Source: Trypanosoma brucei (taxonomy: Eukaryota). From it: DNA of 64,000 nt. The stretch's first letter is position 1, and each line of letters opens with the position of its first letter. Made by a program: the position numbers and the translations under genes. Shown one piece after another: positions 53,475 through 64,000 of this stretch. The notes beneath the pieces were generated by a model. That model made no database searches. It was not told where the DNA came from and saw nothing but the letters and a program-made list of their open reading frames with translations. The DNA is taken from the NCBI GenBank assembly GCA_000002445.1, contig CM000208.1, forward strand, positions 736,001-800,000, read 5' to 3'.

Positions 53475-55796
53475 ATGTCGGGTCGGCGTGTCACAGTGGA
53501 GAACACGGCATCACCATCGCCTCATTCGAGTGCAAGCCAACAACCACTGCAAGATATCATATCATCACCGGAGCGGCAATGCCACTCATTTCATGGATAT
53601 TATGGTGTGGGAGGTCAGTGTGGTACGCACTATCCATTGGTGGAGGCGACGGCGATGAACTTTAGTGCCGCGTTAGGTGAAGGTACTTCTAGCAGCAATG
53701 CCGTCTCCCCCGAGCAGGACCCACTACTAGAGGGACTGCGTGAGAAGGAAAGGCAGTTCGACGCTCGAGTTGCCGCACTGGACAAAATGTTGATATGCGC
53801 ACAACAGGGCTGCACCCAGCGGGATAGTCTGATTGACAGATTGAACACTGAAGTGGGTCGATTGCGGAAGCAACTTCAGGAATCGAAGGGCACAGGAAGT
53901 AAGCCCAAGGAGATGCGGGGAAGTGCCCTCGAAGGAGACACTACAGCTCTCGAGGAGGCTCGGGCAAAAATTGAGGAGATGAGTAACAGGTTGCGTGAAA
54001 AGAGCCGCCGCTTAATGGCACTGGAAAGGCAATTGGGGTCGCGTGGCGTCGACACCGAAGAGGGTGCAGTGGTTGGAAGAACGGCACCACGAAAGAACCT
54101 AGTCGAAGAGCAAGGACAGCAGAAGCGAGCTCGCTACGCCGCCACTCTACGGTCGTTGCAAAAGGAAGTTGGTCTGTTGGAACAGAAGTATCGTGTGATG
54201 ATGAAGGAGAAAGAGTCTCTCGCGGAGGAGAACCAAAGCCTTCGCCGGAGGGTTGATCGCATTCAGGAGGACGCAGAGGCGGAGCTAGTGGGAGCTGTGA
54301 GAGCGACACACAAGGCGTTGGGTGAAAAAAAAGATCTTGAAACACAGGTCATGGCGACGCGGTTGAGTATGGCGAGACTCCTGCATGTTCTCAGCGAGGT
54401 TCCAGAGATGAGCCGGTATCTGCGCGTTGACGGAGTGACCGGAGACCTCTTGTTCATCGGTTACGCGGCTTTACCGTTGAAAGAGACTGCAGATGGAAGT
54501 GAAGTTGGACGATCTCACCGTGGCGGCTTATCCTTGTCTGCCATGGGCACTGGTGTTGACGACGGAATTTACGGGGGAAGCGCAAAAGCGCAGTCGCACA
54601 ACATTTATCTGAACGGGAAGTGGTGCAACCGTCTACGCGAGATCGTTGACGATGAGAATTGTTTCTTTCGCCGTGCAAAGGTTCATACAGGGGAATTGGA
54701 GGATGTGACGCACTCTCTTGTGGGTGAAAGTGTTCCACGAGTACCGCTCCCAAGCGATGTGCTACAAGGGCGTCAACGCGACAGGGACTTCTGGATTCCG
54801 TATGGTGTTTTCGTGGAAGCGCAGAAGTTCAAAAATCGCTATTTTCCTTCCATGAATGTCGAGTGTTTCTATCCGTTTCTCTTTTCCATCAATGTTCTAT
54901 GGAACAAGCGTATGATGCAGCGGGTGACAACCGCAACAAAGCGCGTTAGTGAGCAACAGGAGAGGCGGCGGAAGCAAATGCTGAGATGTATGAAAAGGGG
55001 AGGGGAACACTATCTTGGATCTCTCTCTCCCTCTACTGGCAGTTTCTCCCCATCCCCGTCAGTAGTGGCACTGCGACGCCAGTTGCAACTTCTGCGTCGT
55101 GAGGTACAGCGGCGCGTTATAGGGCGAAGCAGTTTAGACTTGTTTCACCGTTACGACCTGCTGGTAAGACGCACTCTGCAATGCTTGGAGAAAACGCACA
55201 GGGGTTATATTACACCCTTGAACCAAGCACAACAGAGTGGCACAGCTGGGTCCGTGTCCTCAGACACTGACTTTACTGGTGAACATGTCAATGTGTCGCC
55301 GCTGTGGCGTGACGAATCACCCGAAGAAATGAAGATGAATAACGGCAGCGATGTCAGTGGAAGTAAAGAAAGTCATTACCGCTGTTCCCCATCGATACCA
55401 TTGGCGGGGTTGCTGAACATCAGCCAGCGTGCGTCAACCCATGTCCTTGCATCTTGCAGGCACTTGCGAGAACTCCTCGAGGCCCTGCGCAAGAAACACC
55501 GGTGGTTCTCCCTCAGTGACCATCACTATGAAGGAGATGAGGGTGTGCGGTTAGCCTGTGGGGCAGAACGCACATGCGTGCCCGTATCTACCCTTCACCA
55601 CCTTATTGAAGGTGTGGTAGACTTTGTGGGGGAGGTACAGCAAGAGGTACTGAAAGCGCACAATGCTGTGGAAAAATACTGCACCCACCAGAGGGATGGA
55701 AATGACGTGGTGCTTTCTGCACTCAACAACCAAAGAGCTTCCCGTATTATCGAAGGAGTTTGGAACGACATTCCGTGTGAGGGGGTCAGTGAGTAG
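53475..55796 (+). CDS. Coiled-coil hypothetical protein of 773 aa
   Basis: Verified ATG at 53475. The N-terminal half is heptad-rich (DARVAALDKMLICAQQG...LIDRLNTEVGRLRKQLQESKG...EEARAKIEEMSNRLREKSRRLMALERQLG...LQKEVGLLEQKYRVMMKEKESLAEENQSLRRRVDRIQED). Confidence 0.6.
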   Translation: MSGRRVTVENTASPSPHSSASQQPLQDIISSPERQCHSFHGYYGVGGQCGTHYPLVEATAMNFSAALGEGTSSSNAVSPEQDPLLEGLREKERQFDARVAALDKMLICAQQGCTQRDSLIDRLNTEVGRLRKQLQESKGTGSKPKEMRGSALEGDTTALEEARAKIEEMSNRLREKSRRLMALERQLGSRGVDTEEGAVVGRTAPRKNLVEEQGQQKRARYAATLRSLQKEVGLLEQKYRVMMKEKESLAEENQSLRRRVDRIQEDAEAELVGAVRATHKALGEKKDLETQVMATRLSMARLLHVLSEVPEMSRYLRVDGVTGDLLFIGYAALPLKETADGSEVGRSHRGGLSLSAMGTGVDDGIYGGSAKAQSHNIYLNGKWCNRLREIVDDENCFFRRAKVHTGELEDVTHSLVGESVPRVPLPSDVLQGRQRDRDFWIPYGVFVEAQKFKNRYFPSMNVECFYPFLFSINVLWNKRMMQRVTTATKRVSEQQERRRKQMLRCMKRGGEHYLGSLSPSTGSFSPSPSVVALRRQLQLLRREVQRRVIGRSSLDLFHRYDLLVRRTLQCLEKTHRGYITPLNQAQQSGTAGSVSSDTDFTGEHVNVSPLWRDESPEEMKMNNGSDVSGSKESHYRCSPSIPLAGLLNISQRASTHVLASCRHLRELLEALRKKHRWFSLSDHHYEGDEGVRLACGAERTCVPVSTLHHLIEGVVDFVGEVQQEVLKAHNAVEKYCTHQRDGNDVVLSALNNQRASRIIEGVWNDIPCEGVSE

Positions 55797-56080
55797 CACC
55801 AATGGAGTCGGAACCGCATTTGGCGGTGGTATATCCTGAAGTGATATTGTGGTGCATGGATGAAATGGTGATGAGGACATTGCGTGCCCCAGCGTTCTCC
55901 CTCCGGCACCATTTTCAGTTTTACAGTAAACACATACACCTCTATTGTATTTTCCTCTACGTTGGAACAAGCATGAGTGCTCAGACCATGCACCATCAGC
56001 TGCGGCGTTGCCTGAATCCCACGCGGCCTTCATGAGGTAAATCCTCACATTATGGAGGACGTATCGAGAAAACGAGCTAA

Positions 56081-57136
56081 GTGTCATTTTCCATCAGTTG
56101 CAACCCTTCCTCACCATGTCACACCAAAACGGCCACCACTCCAACAAGGTTTTCTATTCGGGTCACTGTGGAACTACGAATCCGACACAACTGGGGCAGC
56201 ACGTGGCAGGACCAAGTGAAAGGCAACGCGTGCATTGAAACAGTGCTTGATGTGGGCCTCTTGATATTTGTCTGCAGAGTTTTGTCTTTGTTCACACTTC
56301 GGTGGTGTTGCCTTCATGTGCATGTTCCCCGCATTTGTTACTTACTCTCGTCTATTGCCTCTCTTTGGTTTTTAACAATAAGGCAATATCATCAAATACT
56401 GTGCAGGGATGGACATAAAAAGGAAACTGAATTTGACCTCGTTGGGGTGTGGGTTTCATTTGAGAGGGACTGTAGAAGTCTCTCGGTAAGTCAAGGTTGG
56501 ATCGCACTGCTACGGTACTACCTGCAAGTAACGGAACTCATCCTGTGCAACCTGCAGAAGGATAAAGAAATTTGGGATAATGCCCACACGTTGTTAAATA
56601 CTGCATTTACTTTTGTGCAGCTGCGGGAGTACTATGAGTCGAGACATAGAAGTGACGAAGGTGCACTCGCTGCTGATATACGAAAGTTCTGCCGGAACAA
56701 CCTAAACAATTTGGTTCCTAATATACGACGGCTCTCACAGTCCTTTCCATCCGCACAGGATAGCACGGAGGTTAGGAAGCTGTCCCAACGAGTTGAGTGG
56801 AGAGACCTTCTACACAAACTCCCAGAGTCAATTAATTCTGTGTATTTTGAAGCAGAAGTGAGGGAAACCAAGGAGTTTGCCAAAAGGGGCGTCGAGGGCA
56901 GTGAAAAGGCTCGGGCAGAGTCATTGAAGAAGCATCTCGAACAAATTGACAATATGTCGACCGAGGACACTTTGAGGAATATCAATAAAACCATCAACTT
57001 CTCTGGTGGGTGCTGGTATAAATGCCCTAAAAGACACTTTTATGTTGTCGGAGAGTGTGGCAGCCCTGCAGGGGAAGGAATAGGTGGGGTGGGCCACATC
57101 TCATTCCCTGGCAATACATCTGTTGGGAGGTTTTAG
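56081..57136 (+). CDS. Copy 2 of the stop-free ORF of uncertain coding status (see 39760-40893)
   Basis: Same ORF as copy 1 with three amino-acid differences. The track start is GTG and the same ATG problem applies. Confidence 0.3.
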   Translation: MSFSISCNPSSPCHTKTATTPTRFSIRVTVELRIRHNWGSTWQDQVKGNACIETVLDVGLLIFVCRVLSLFTLRWCCLHVHVPRICYLLSSIASLWFLTIRQYHQILCRDGHKKETEFDLVGVWVSFERDCRSLSVSQGWIALLRYYLQVTELILCNLQKDKEIWDNAHTLLNTAFTFVQLREYYESRHRSDEGALAADIRKFCRNNLNNLVPNIRRLSQSFPSAQDSTEVRKLSQRVEWRDLLHKLPESINSVYFEAEVRETKEFAKRGVEGSEKARAESLKKHLEQIDNMSTEDTLRNINKTINFSGGCWYKCPKRHFYVVGECGSPAGEGIGGVGHISFPGNTSVGRF

Positions 57137-58827
57137 GAACCGGGAGGGTGTCATAGTGGACGAACTATTTCCTGTTGTAATGATAAGTGGAATGGAATAT
57201 AATGTAATATGTGATGATGTGAAGTATGGAGCATAATTTGAATGGAACTAATGATGGAATGGGGTTTTTGTGGATAGGAGTGCATCTCCTGTTGATCATG
57301 CAATCCATATCCCTTAATGAGGGCACAGCACTCCTTATTAGTACTTTTACTTTTACTTTGCTTTTGCTTTTTCTTTTTTTGCTTTTGCTTTTGCTTGTTC
57401 TGTGAATGCTATCATTGGGTGTCTTATGCCCTTGCTTCTGTCGTTTGGCTGCTTTTGTTACTTTGTCAGCCACTTACTATATTACCATCCTTTACCTTAA
57501 TTCTACCTCTCTTGCACACATACCACAACTGGGATACTAAAAGGGGGGTTATTGAACGGTAACAAACAAAATAACTCGTGCTCTGATTAATTGCATCGCA
57601 ACGTGGTGGTTTCGAGATGTTCCATCCCCAATTGGTGGCGGGTGGTGCCAATCGCGCTGCACCGGCAGAGGAGCTACGCGACACAGCCGAGACGGTGCAG
57701 ATATCGTCTTTGGCATTGCTCAAAATGCTGATGCACGGGCGCGCTGGGGTGCCGCTCGAGGTAATGGGTTTGATGATTGGTGAGTTGATTGACGACTATA
57801 CGGTCCGTGTATCTGATGTCTTCTCCATGCCTCAAACGGCCACGGGTCAATCCGTTGAAGCTGTGGACCCAGAGTATCAAGTTCATATGTTAGACAAACT
57901 CTCCGTGGTGGGTCGACCGGAAAAAGTTGTTGGGTGGTACCACAGTCACCCTGGTTTCGGCTGCTGGCTTTCTGGTGAGGATGTAATGACGGCGAGCAGC
58001 TATGAGCAACTGACGCCGCGCAGCGTGTCGGTAGTGATCGACCCTATCCAATCGGTCCGCGGCAAAGTAGTAATTGACGCCTTCCGCACCACGAAGGACC
58101 CGCATACGGGGCCGCGAATCATGTTCCAAGAGCCACGACAGACAACAAGCAACATCGGGTGGCTGACGCGACCTTCTCCTATTGCTCTCACCCGTGGGTT
58201 GGATCGTGACTATTACAGTCTTCCCATTACCTTCCGCAAGAAAAACCACGAACTTGCGCTACTCCTCAACGTCTACAAGAAGGGTTGGCAGGAGGGTTTC
58301 CGATTAGAAAACATGACACGTTTTGACCGCAATACGGTGCGAGAGAAGATGCGTGCGCTGGCGTCGCTTGCCGTCCAGTCGGAGCGATTCATTGTTCAGG
58401 GTCTCGATGAAGATGATGTAGGCAATGTCGGTCGAGCAAATCCCATTGCGCATCTCCAATCCGAATCGGAGGGCCTAATCAACGCGAGTCTTAACCAATC
58501 CATAGGAGCGATGATTAATGGGGTTGTCTTCTGAGGAAACAGGGTACATTGCGTGTGCTCCAGCTATTACTGACCATACTTTTTATATGCGCTACCGTGT
58601 TGATTTTTTATCACCCTCTCTATAACGTTTACGGGGTGTTATGCTCCTTTTCTGCACTCCCGTTTCTGTGACAATGTGGCGTGATTACAATCAGCGCAGG
58701 ATGGCATTTGCTAGTGATGTGGTGTCATCTTCGTGAATGGCATGTCATTTGTTTGTGGTGGGGTAATTACTCGTCCTGAATTTCCTAGTGATTCTACAAA
58801 CATATCTCTGCAATACCCCTGTGGCTT
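56088..58827 (+). repeat. Copy 2 of the 2.74-kb direct repeat (partner at 39845-42584)
   Basis: See copy 1. Differences I noted in copy 2 include A>T and two L>F substitutions in the upstream ORF. There is one synonymous T>C in Rpn11 (58320s) and two 3'-flank SNPs (accgtGttga, cagcGcagg). Confidence 0.9.
57617..58534 (+). CDS. RPN11: 26S proteasome regulatory subunit Rpn11 / PSMD14, copy 2, 305 aa (protein identical to copy 1)
   Basis: Identical translation to 41374-42291, including the JAMM motif HSHPGFGCWLSG. I found one synonymous difference. Confidence 0.93.
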   Translation: MFHPQLVAGGANRAAPAEELRDTAETVQISSLALLKMLMHGRAGVPLEVMGLMIGELIDDYTVRVSDVFSMPQTATGQSVEAVDPEYQVHMLDKLSVVGRPEKVVGWYHSHPGFGCWLSGEDVMTASSYEQLTPRSVSVVIDPIQSVRGKVVIDAFRTTKDPHTGPRIMFQEPRQTTSNIGWLTRPSPIALTRGLDRDYYSLPITFRKKNHELALLLNVYKKGWQEGFRLENMTRFDRNTVREKMRALASLAVQSERFIVQGLDEDDVGNVGRANPIAHLQSESEGLINASLNQSIGAMINGVVF

Positions 58828-58942
58828 TGTGGAAGTAGATCGGCTGACTTTGTTTTTTCTTTATTATTGTTTTTTTTAAATATATTTAGCACATCTTTAA
58901 TTTGTTATTAACTCATTTATTGTACTAAGTTCCGCTTTCTTG

Positions 58943-59350
58943 ATGTTTTCACGAAGCTTTGTCGGACGAATGGGTAATGGCACGTATGGAGGCTGGCCGT
59001 GGCCTGTGAAGTTGCCCCTCAAACGTGGCTGGCATCACGAATTGGATCGCCATCAGAGTATCGCTGAGGAATCTCGAAGGTACATTTTATTTGGTGACGC
59101 GCTGTTGGTTTCTATTGTTTTGTACTCCGTGTATCGGCTTTATTATTTAGCCCTTTGTAGTGACGCGTATCGAACTCACCTATCTCACCTCAGTGGAGCT
59201 CCCCCCGCCATCATAGCGAACAGCTTTGACTTCGCAAACCTCGAAAATAACCGTACGGTGCCGCGGGCAGTTCTCGACGAATATCGCGAGGCTGTTGTTG
59301 ATGGAAAAGTTAAGCGCGCTCCTATTGAGAGCATCATCTTCAAGTACTAG
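58943..59350 (+). CDS. Small hypothetical protein of about 135 aa with one predicted transmembrane helix
   Basis: The ATG at 58943 is the second M of the track ORF; the first is TTG. It has a hydrophobic stretch ILFGDALLVSIVLYSVYRLYYLAL and a poly-T tract upstream (58850-58880). It is the last coding-looking + strand ORF before a 4.6-kb ORF-poor stretch. Confidence 0.35.
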   Translation: MFSRSFVGRMGNGTYGGWPWPVKLPLKRGWHHELDRHQSIAEESRRYILFGDALLVSIVLYSVYRLYYLALCSDAYRTHLSHLSGAPPAIIANSFDFANLENNRTVPRAVLDEYREAVVDGKVKRAPIESIIFKY

Positions 59351-62300
59351 GCAAATGAAGGGGGACAGGAACGCATGAGTAAACCTGAGGTGATGTAATG
59401 ACAACTGCAAAGTGTGTCGCACCTCCATCTTTCCACAGCTGTTCCTCGTCTCCCCTTTCCCATGGTCTGTAGAGCACCTGATAAGTGGGAGTCATCATGA
59501 GAGTTGTCTTTCCACAGATTCCTTTCTCTGATCGGGTTTTCGTAGCGACTCTAGTAATCCACTTACTACCATCACTTCCTTATTATTGTTCTTTTTTTCT
59601 TTTTTCTTATTTAGGTACGTGGGGAAGATGGGGAGAGGGCAAGAAAAAAAGGTGGCTGGGCCAGTGGTAATAGGGATTTGACCAGTTGAACCTTACACTA
59701 ATACGAAAAGACGACCCTTCCATTATAAAGCGCCAAGTTACGGTTGCGAAGAAAACGAAATGTACGTGCACTGACCCTTCTGCGGGCCAGAGAAAGCAAA
59801 TGCATTACACACTGTGGTTTTCCTGGCCGGCCGTTTCGTTTGTTTTTTTGTCCTTGAGTTCTGAGTTCTCGCGCTTGATATGGTGTTTCCTCCCTTTCGT
59901 CTCTTTTTTTTTCTTTTTAACTCTTTCTTTTTTTCCAAAATTTTCCTCGCGGTAACCACTGAAAATTCCACCAACCCAACAGTGTCTAAGAAAAGGGCCA
60001 AAAATGAAAACAAGTAATTGGCAACAAGAGGTACCACGCAAGTAGAGCGAAGCATGCGGATGAACGTTATTTCAATTGCCGTATGTCGTTAAACACCGGA
60101 GTCTCAACCGCGCCCACGGCCCACTGTTCCTTAAGCGAGCAAAACACGTGGGATGCCGCTGCGTATGTGTTTGTCGGGAGGGGTGAAGTTTTGCAGTTTT
60201 TTAACCCTTGGTATCTCTGAGTTAATTCGGGTGTTGTGGGGACTTTCCCACTTTCCTTACAGCATGCTCCGTCGAGGAAGCGATAGTACAAAAGTAAAAA
60301 CACAAGAAAGTATTCAATTCTGAGTGGGAAGGGGGAAAACAACAAAAGAAAGCGACGCTCAACAACAGCAGCACCGATGGGAGCGGCTCTCACGAAATCG
60401 AGAGGAGAATTCAAGAGGTAACATCGCGTATTTAACCACATCGTTTCACGAAGGGTAGACGACTTTCCCCCAAGTGCAACTCTGGAAAGTGAGAAACGAA
60501 TCTGGGGGGTTTGGGCCTGTGAAGCGGTTATTGCTCGTTGTTCCTTTTTCGTGGTTTATTTCCACAAAGTGCCATCGAAGAAACACAATTCACACCGATG
60601 GGAACACGCGTAGGAATAAATGATACTATCGCAGCAGCACTGGGCACACGCACAAACATCGCGGGGTACCATCAAAAAGAAAAAAAACTTTTAATGACTG
60701 GTTTCAAAGCGGCACAACAACATTTGCGTAGTGTAACTTCGATGGTGACGCTTTGGTTATCACCGTCGAGCAGGGTATCACACTAAGGCAACTCATGGCG
60801 TAGTCGAAGGCTCGTCGCGGCCCCTTCTTGTTTTTACTTGATTGCACCGTTTCCCACCTCTAATAATGCGGCGTCAGTCTCCAATAAGTGCGAAACATGC
60901 GGCAGTGGCCGGTTGTGGCGGCTTTCTGATTCACCTTTCCTGCTCACTAGGTGTGGGCGCACAACTTTCTTCATCCCATGTAGGAGTCATTGCGGAAAGG
61001 ATTGTCTTTCTTCCCAGTAGCACGTCGTGTCAACCATCGAATTTCAGAGCGTAGCATTATCTAAGCTATTGTTATACGAAGTTGTGCTTTCGTTTTTTGG
61101 AGGGAGAAGTATTTTCCACTAATAGCGTGCCTGTTTCGTCATTTGCTGAATAGTGCGAGGGGGGAAACCGCGGAAGCTTCACCCCGGTGCTTAGTATTCG
61201 CCCTTTCGGGTCTATCAGTCCACACCCTGCCCTTAATTCCCTCAGAGTACTGCATTCACTTGGGCGGCATGACGATCCTTCACACACTACATTTGGTTGT
61301 CGGTGGTCATGTACTTTTTTCGCGGTTGTGTGCTTTCCCTGGACGCCGTGCCAACCGACATTTATCATACCTTTTTCCATAGACTGTACGGGAGTTACCC
61401 TTTCTCCACGCTTGACCTCATGTTCCTCCTTTGCGCCCGTCCCCTGTACCCAACATTTGCGTCGGTGGAGTGACTTCCGCTTGAACAATCCACCGCAACT
61501 CACCGTGGTACGTAGGAATGCACACACTAATAATAAATCTCCCTTCAACATCCCCAGCTGTGACTGCAGTCGCTCCAATAAGTTCCCTGATGCCCAGGCC
61601 CGGTTATGAGGCGTTTCGCCGACTTAGTCTTTACATTGCCTCCTCCTCCTGCCTTCCTCCACCATCTGGGCAGCAGGTGGGGTAGAATTAAGTGGAGACA
61701 AGTTACATATCGAGCGGGCTGCGGAGCGCTAGGGACTGGCCTTCCTCGGGTCTCGGAAACTGCAACTCTCCCCACTACTTCCCCCATCTTTCTCCGCACA
61801 CATTACACGTTGTCGACGTTGAGCGCCGACTCTCGTTAATGCAACCCAAGGCACTTCAATGTGCCGGTGGGGGAACTGGGCAAGAATAGCGCCTCACGTC
61901 TACGCCATCCTCCTTCTGGCAGATGTGACAAAGCAGATTGCTGTGGTATGCATTTGGGCCTCTTTCCTTAGTCGAACCTCTAAGGTTCCTTTTCTTTCCC
62001 GACAACCCTCTCACTGCATATGCCCCTAGTGGCGGATCTGTGGCGGTTTGCTCCCTCTCTCAGCCGCCTCATTTTCGTCTGTTCCACAGTGGGGGAAACG
62101 CCGCATTAAGACGGAAGCGTTCCGCTCCATACGTCCCAGCATTGACCCCCATATGCGTCGGAAAATGCCCTCCTTCATGTTGGCTCTGTCTTTCGCGAGA
62201 GAATTGGTAATGTTGAACCTCTGAAAACGGCTGCTTCAGTCCTAACACTATCCTCTCGGAGAATTTTTTAAAGGACATCTTCCAATCCCGTTCCCCTTCC

Positions 62301-64000
62301 CTCAAAATAAAAACGCTTTCACAACCACAATAGCGTGATGATCCGCCCACCCGCTTGCGCATCTTGGTTGCCACACCCACCCTATTGAATGGAGGAGTCC
62401 CTATTGCGAGCGGTGAGCCTAAACTAACCGCACAGGTGGCCCCAAATGGGCAAAGCACGTTGTCGTATTTCCCCCTTCTTCTTAATATGTGTGTCTTTCC
62501 CTCCTTATACATGGCATTTGCTTTTGCTCACCCTGAAGGAGGGGCCCTTTTTCTTGGTCTCGCTTCTTATTGTTGTGTTTTGGTCAAATAGTGTTTTCCC
62601 GTGAGCGTACCACGTTGTAACACCATCCCTTCAAATCATTTAATCACTCATGCGTGCGATGTCCCGAAGGGCTCGATTTCTCTTCCATCACGCGGGATGA
62701 CCCTCCCCTGACCACAAGCTGAACAAAACATCCTATTGCTTATTGCACCTCAAGAGTTGATGGATCGGCCGCGCCTTCTTCAGGGTGTCGCTACCGGTCC
62801 TGCTGGACAGCCCTCCGTCTACAATGCTCCCCGTCGGACCATGTAACATTTCCATCGTGCTTTTATCATTTATGAATGTTGAGAATAACCACGGTCCGGC
62901 CTCGTAGCGCACACGCACACACACAGCTGCACCAACCCCTGATGGAATCCCCAGAATACTCATGTGACCCAGTCCGGTGAGGAAACCGCTCCTAACTTTA
63001 CCAGCATGAGCCTGGTTATTATGGACACTTCTTGCGCACATAACTCCACGACTCATACAGGCTTCGTTGTGTGGCCCGGTTACTTTGGCGCCTTCCTCGA
63101 CGCATACATCTACGGGTCACCATAAGATTTAGTGATGGACGCGTTATCCCCCGAAACAGTATGCGCCCGCTTTGGTAGTTTAAACTTCAATGAAGTCATC
63201 TTTTGATCACTAGGTATCGTGGACAGGTCCAGCCCGTGGGGTTACATTTCAGCTTCCGTCAACCCGCCTCCGTTTGCGTTAGCGTAAGGTTGCCGGCGGG
63301 GAAAAGGTTTCATATATTCTGTTTACATTGGTTAGTGACTCAGTGGATCTATCGTTCACGGCCATGAACAAAACAAAGTCGGACACCGTTTTTTTTTTGC
63401 CACACGGTACGGCTATATGGGGCCTTCCCAAAGTACTGTCGGTTTATAATGACTCTTGCTACCTTGTTGGGTGAAAGTTTCTTACCCACCACATAATTTG
63501 TAGATTAGAAAAAAACTTTCTCGGCTGCCCCGAAAATGACAACATTTCCCATGGGTTCAAACTCACGAGTGTAGAGTACGAATTTCACCGTGACGAGCAC
63601 CGTCGATTCGTACCAAGTTGCGTCTCCAATCAACTGAGTTATGGATTCTACTGACAAGGTGGGCGCAGAAACCTTTTCCTTTTGTATACGCAACCAACGG
63701 TCAACAGAATCCACAAAACTCCTTTGAAGCAACCGCTGCATTGCTTTGTAATTGGCGCAGGTGGGCGCTGTTAGTTTTTGGCGATGCCATGACAGAAGTC
63801 CCCTTGCTTTCCCATAACGCCAGTTCAATAGCTTCACACTTCCACTTTCCCAACGCTCCCCGGTATTTTCGATTCCCGTTGAGTAGTTTTTACATGTAGT
63901 TTAGCCCGTTTACCTCCATGTGCTTTAGTTGGTCTACCATACACGCCATTTTCTCCAGAAGAGGGGATTGGCGATCTTCCCGTGGCAACAATCGGCTCAA

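Noticed and set aside
60067-63837. Minus-strand ORFs in the terminal ORF-poor region (60067-60441, 61072-61578, 62069-62512, 62733-63056, 63505-63837) as possible start of a divergent gene cluster.
   Set aside because: They are short, several use GTG starts in the track and none has recognisable motifs. There is not enough evidence to call genes. I kept only the region-level finding.
59351-64000. Search for tRNA, snRNA or 5S-like genes marking a termination region.
   Set aside because: No canonical T-loop or D-loop pair with a closing acceptor stem was found by eye on either strand. I cannot run tRNAscan here, so absence is provisional.

Overview
The window reads as trypanosomatid nuclear DNA, most likely Trypanosoma brucei. 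The enolase at 9416-10705 matches my memory of T. brucei enolase essentially residue for residue. The gene order fits the chromosome 10 block: Cav-like channel, enolase, importin beta, six further genes, then the F1-ATPase inhibitor TbIF1. I believe these are Tb927.10.2880 to Tb927.10.2970, but that is from memory and unverified.

All convincing genes sit on the + strand. They are intron-less and separated by 0.3-2.7 kb spacers carrying polypyrimidine tracts and simple-sequence repeats. This is the layout of a single polycistronic RNA polymerase II transcription unit. There is no prokaryotic operon, CRISPR array or mobile element, and I found no tRNA or rRNA gene.

The supplied ORF track translates GTG and TTG starts as M. 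I therefore moved several starts to the first plausible ATG.

Recognisable products:
- A four-repeat voltage-gated cation channel (188-8269).
- Enolase (9416-10705).
- Importin beta-1 (11790-14390).
- gamma-SNAP (28682-29746).
- The mitochondrial GTPase GUF1/LepA (36091-38271).
- The ATP-synthase inhibitor IF1 (39230-39577).
- Two copies of the 26S proteasome deubiquitinase Rpn11/PSMD14 (41374-42291 and 57617-58534).

The remaining CDSs are low-complexity, arginine/serine-rich or coiled-coil proteins of unknown function.

The most notable structural feature is a pair of near-identical 2.74-kb direct repeats, about 99.7% identical, at 39845-42584 and 56088-58827. Each carries an Rpn11 gene plus an upstream ORF, and together they flank 13.5 kb of unique genes.

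Other points worth a second look:
- A channel pore whose four selectivity positions read Q/E/E/E by my by-eye alignment.
- A protein with an N-terminal MGNCLCC acylation motif.
- A long stop-free ORF inside the repeat that lacks an ATG start.
- A 4.6-kb ORF-poor stretch at the 3' end of the window.
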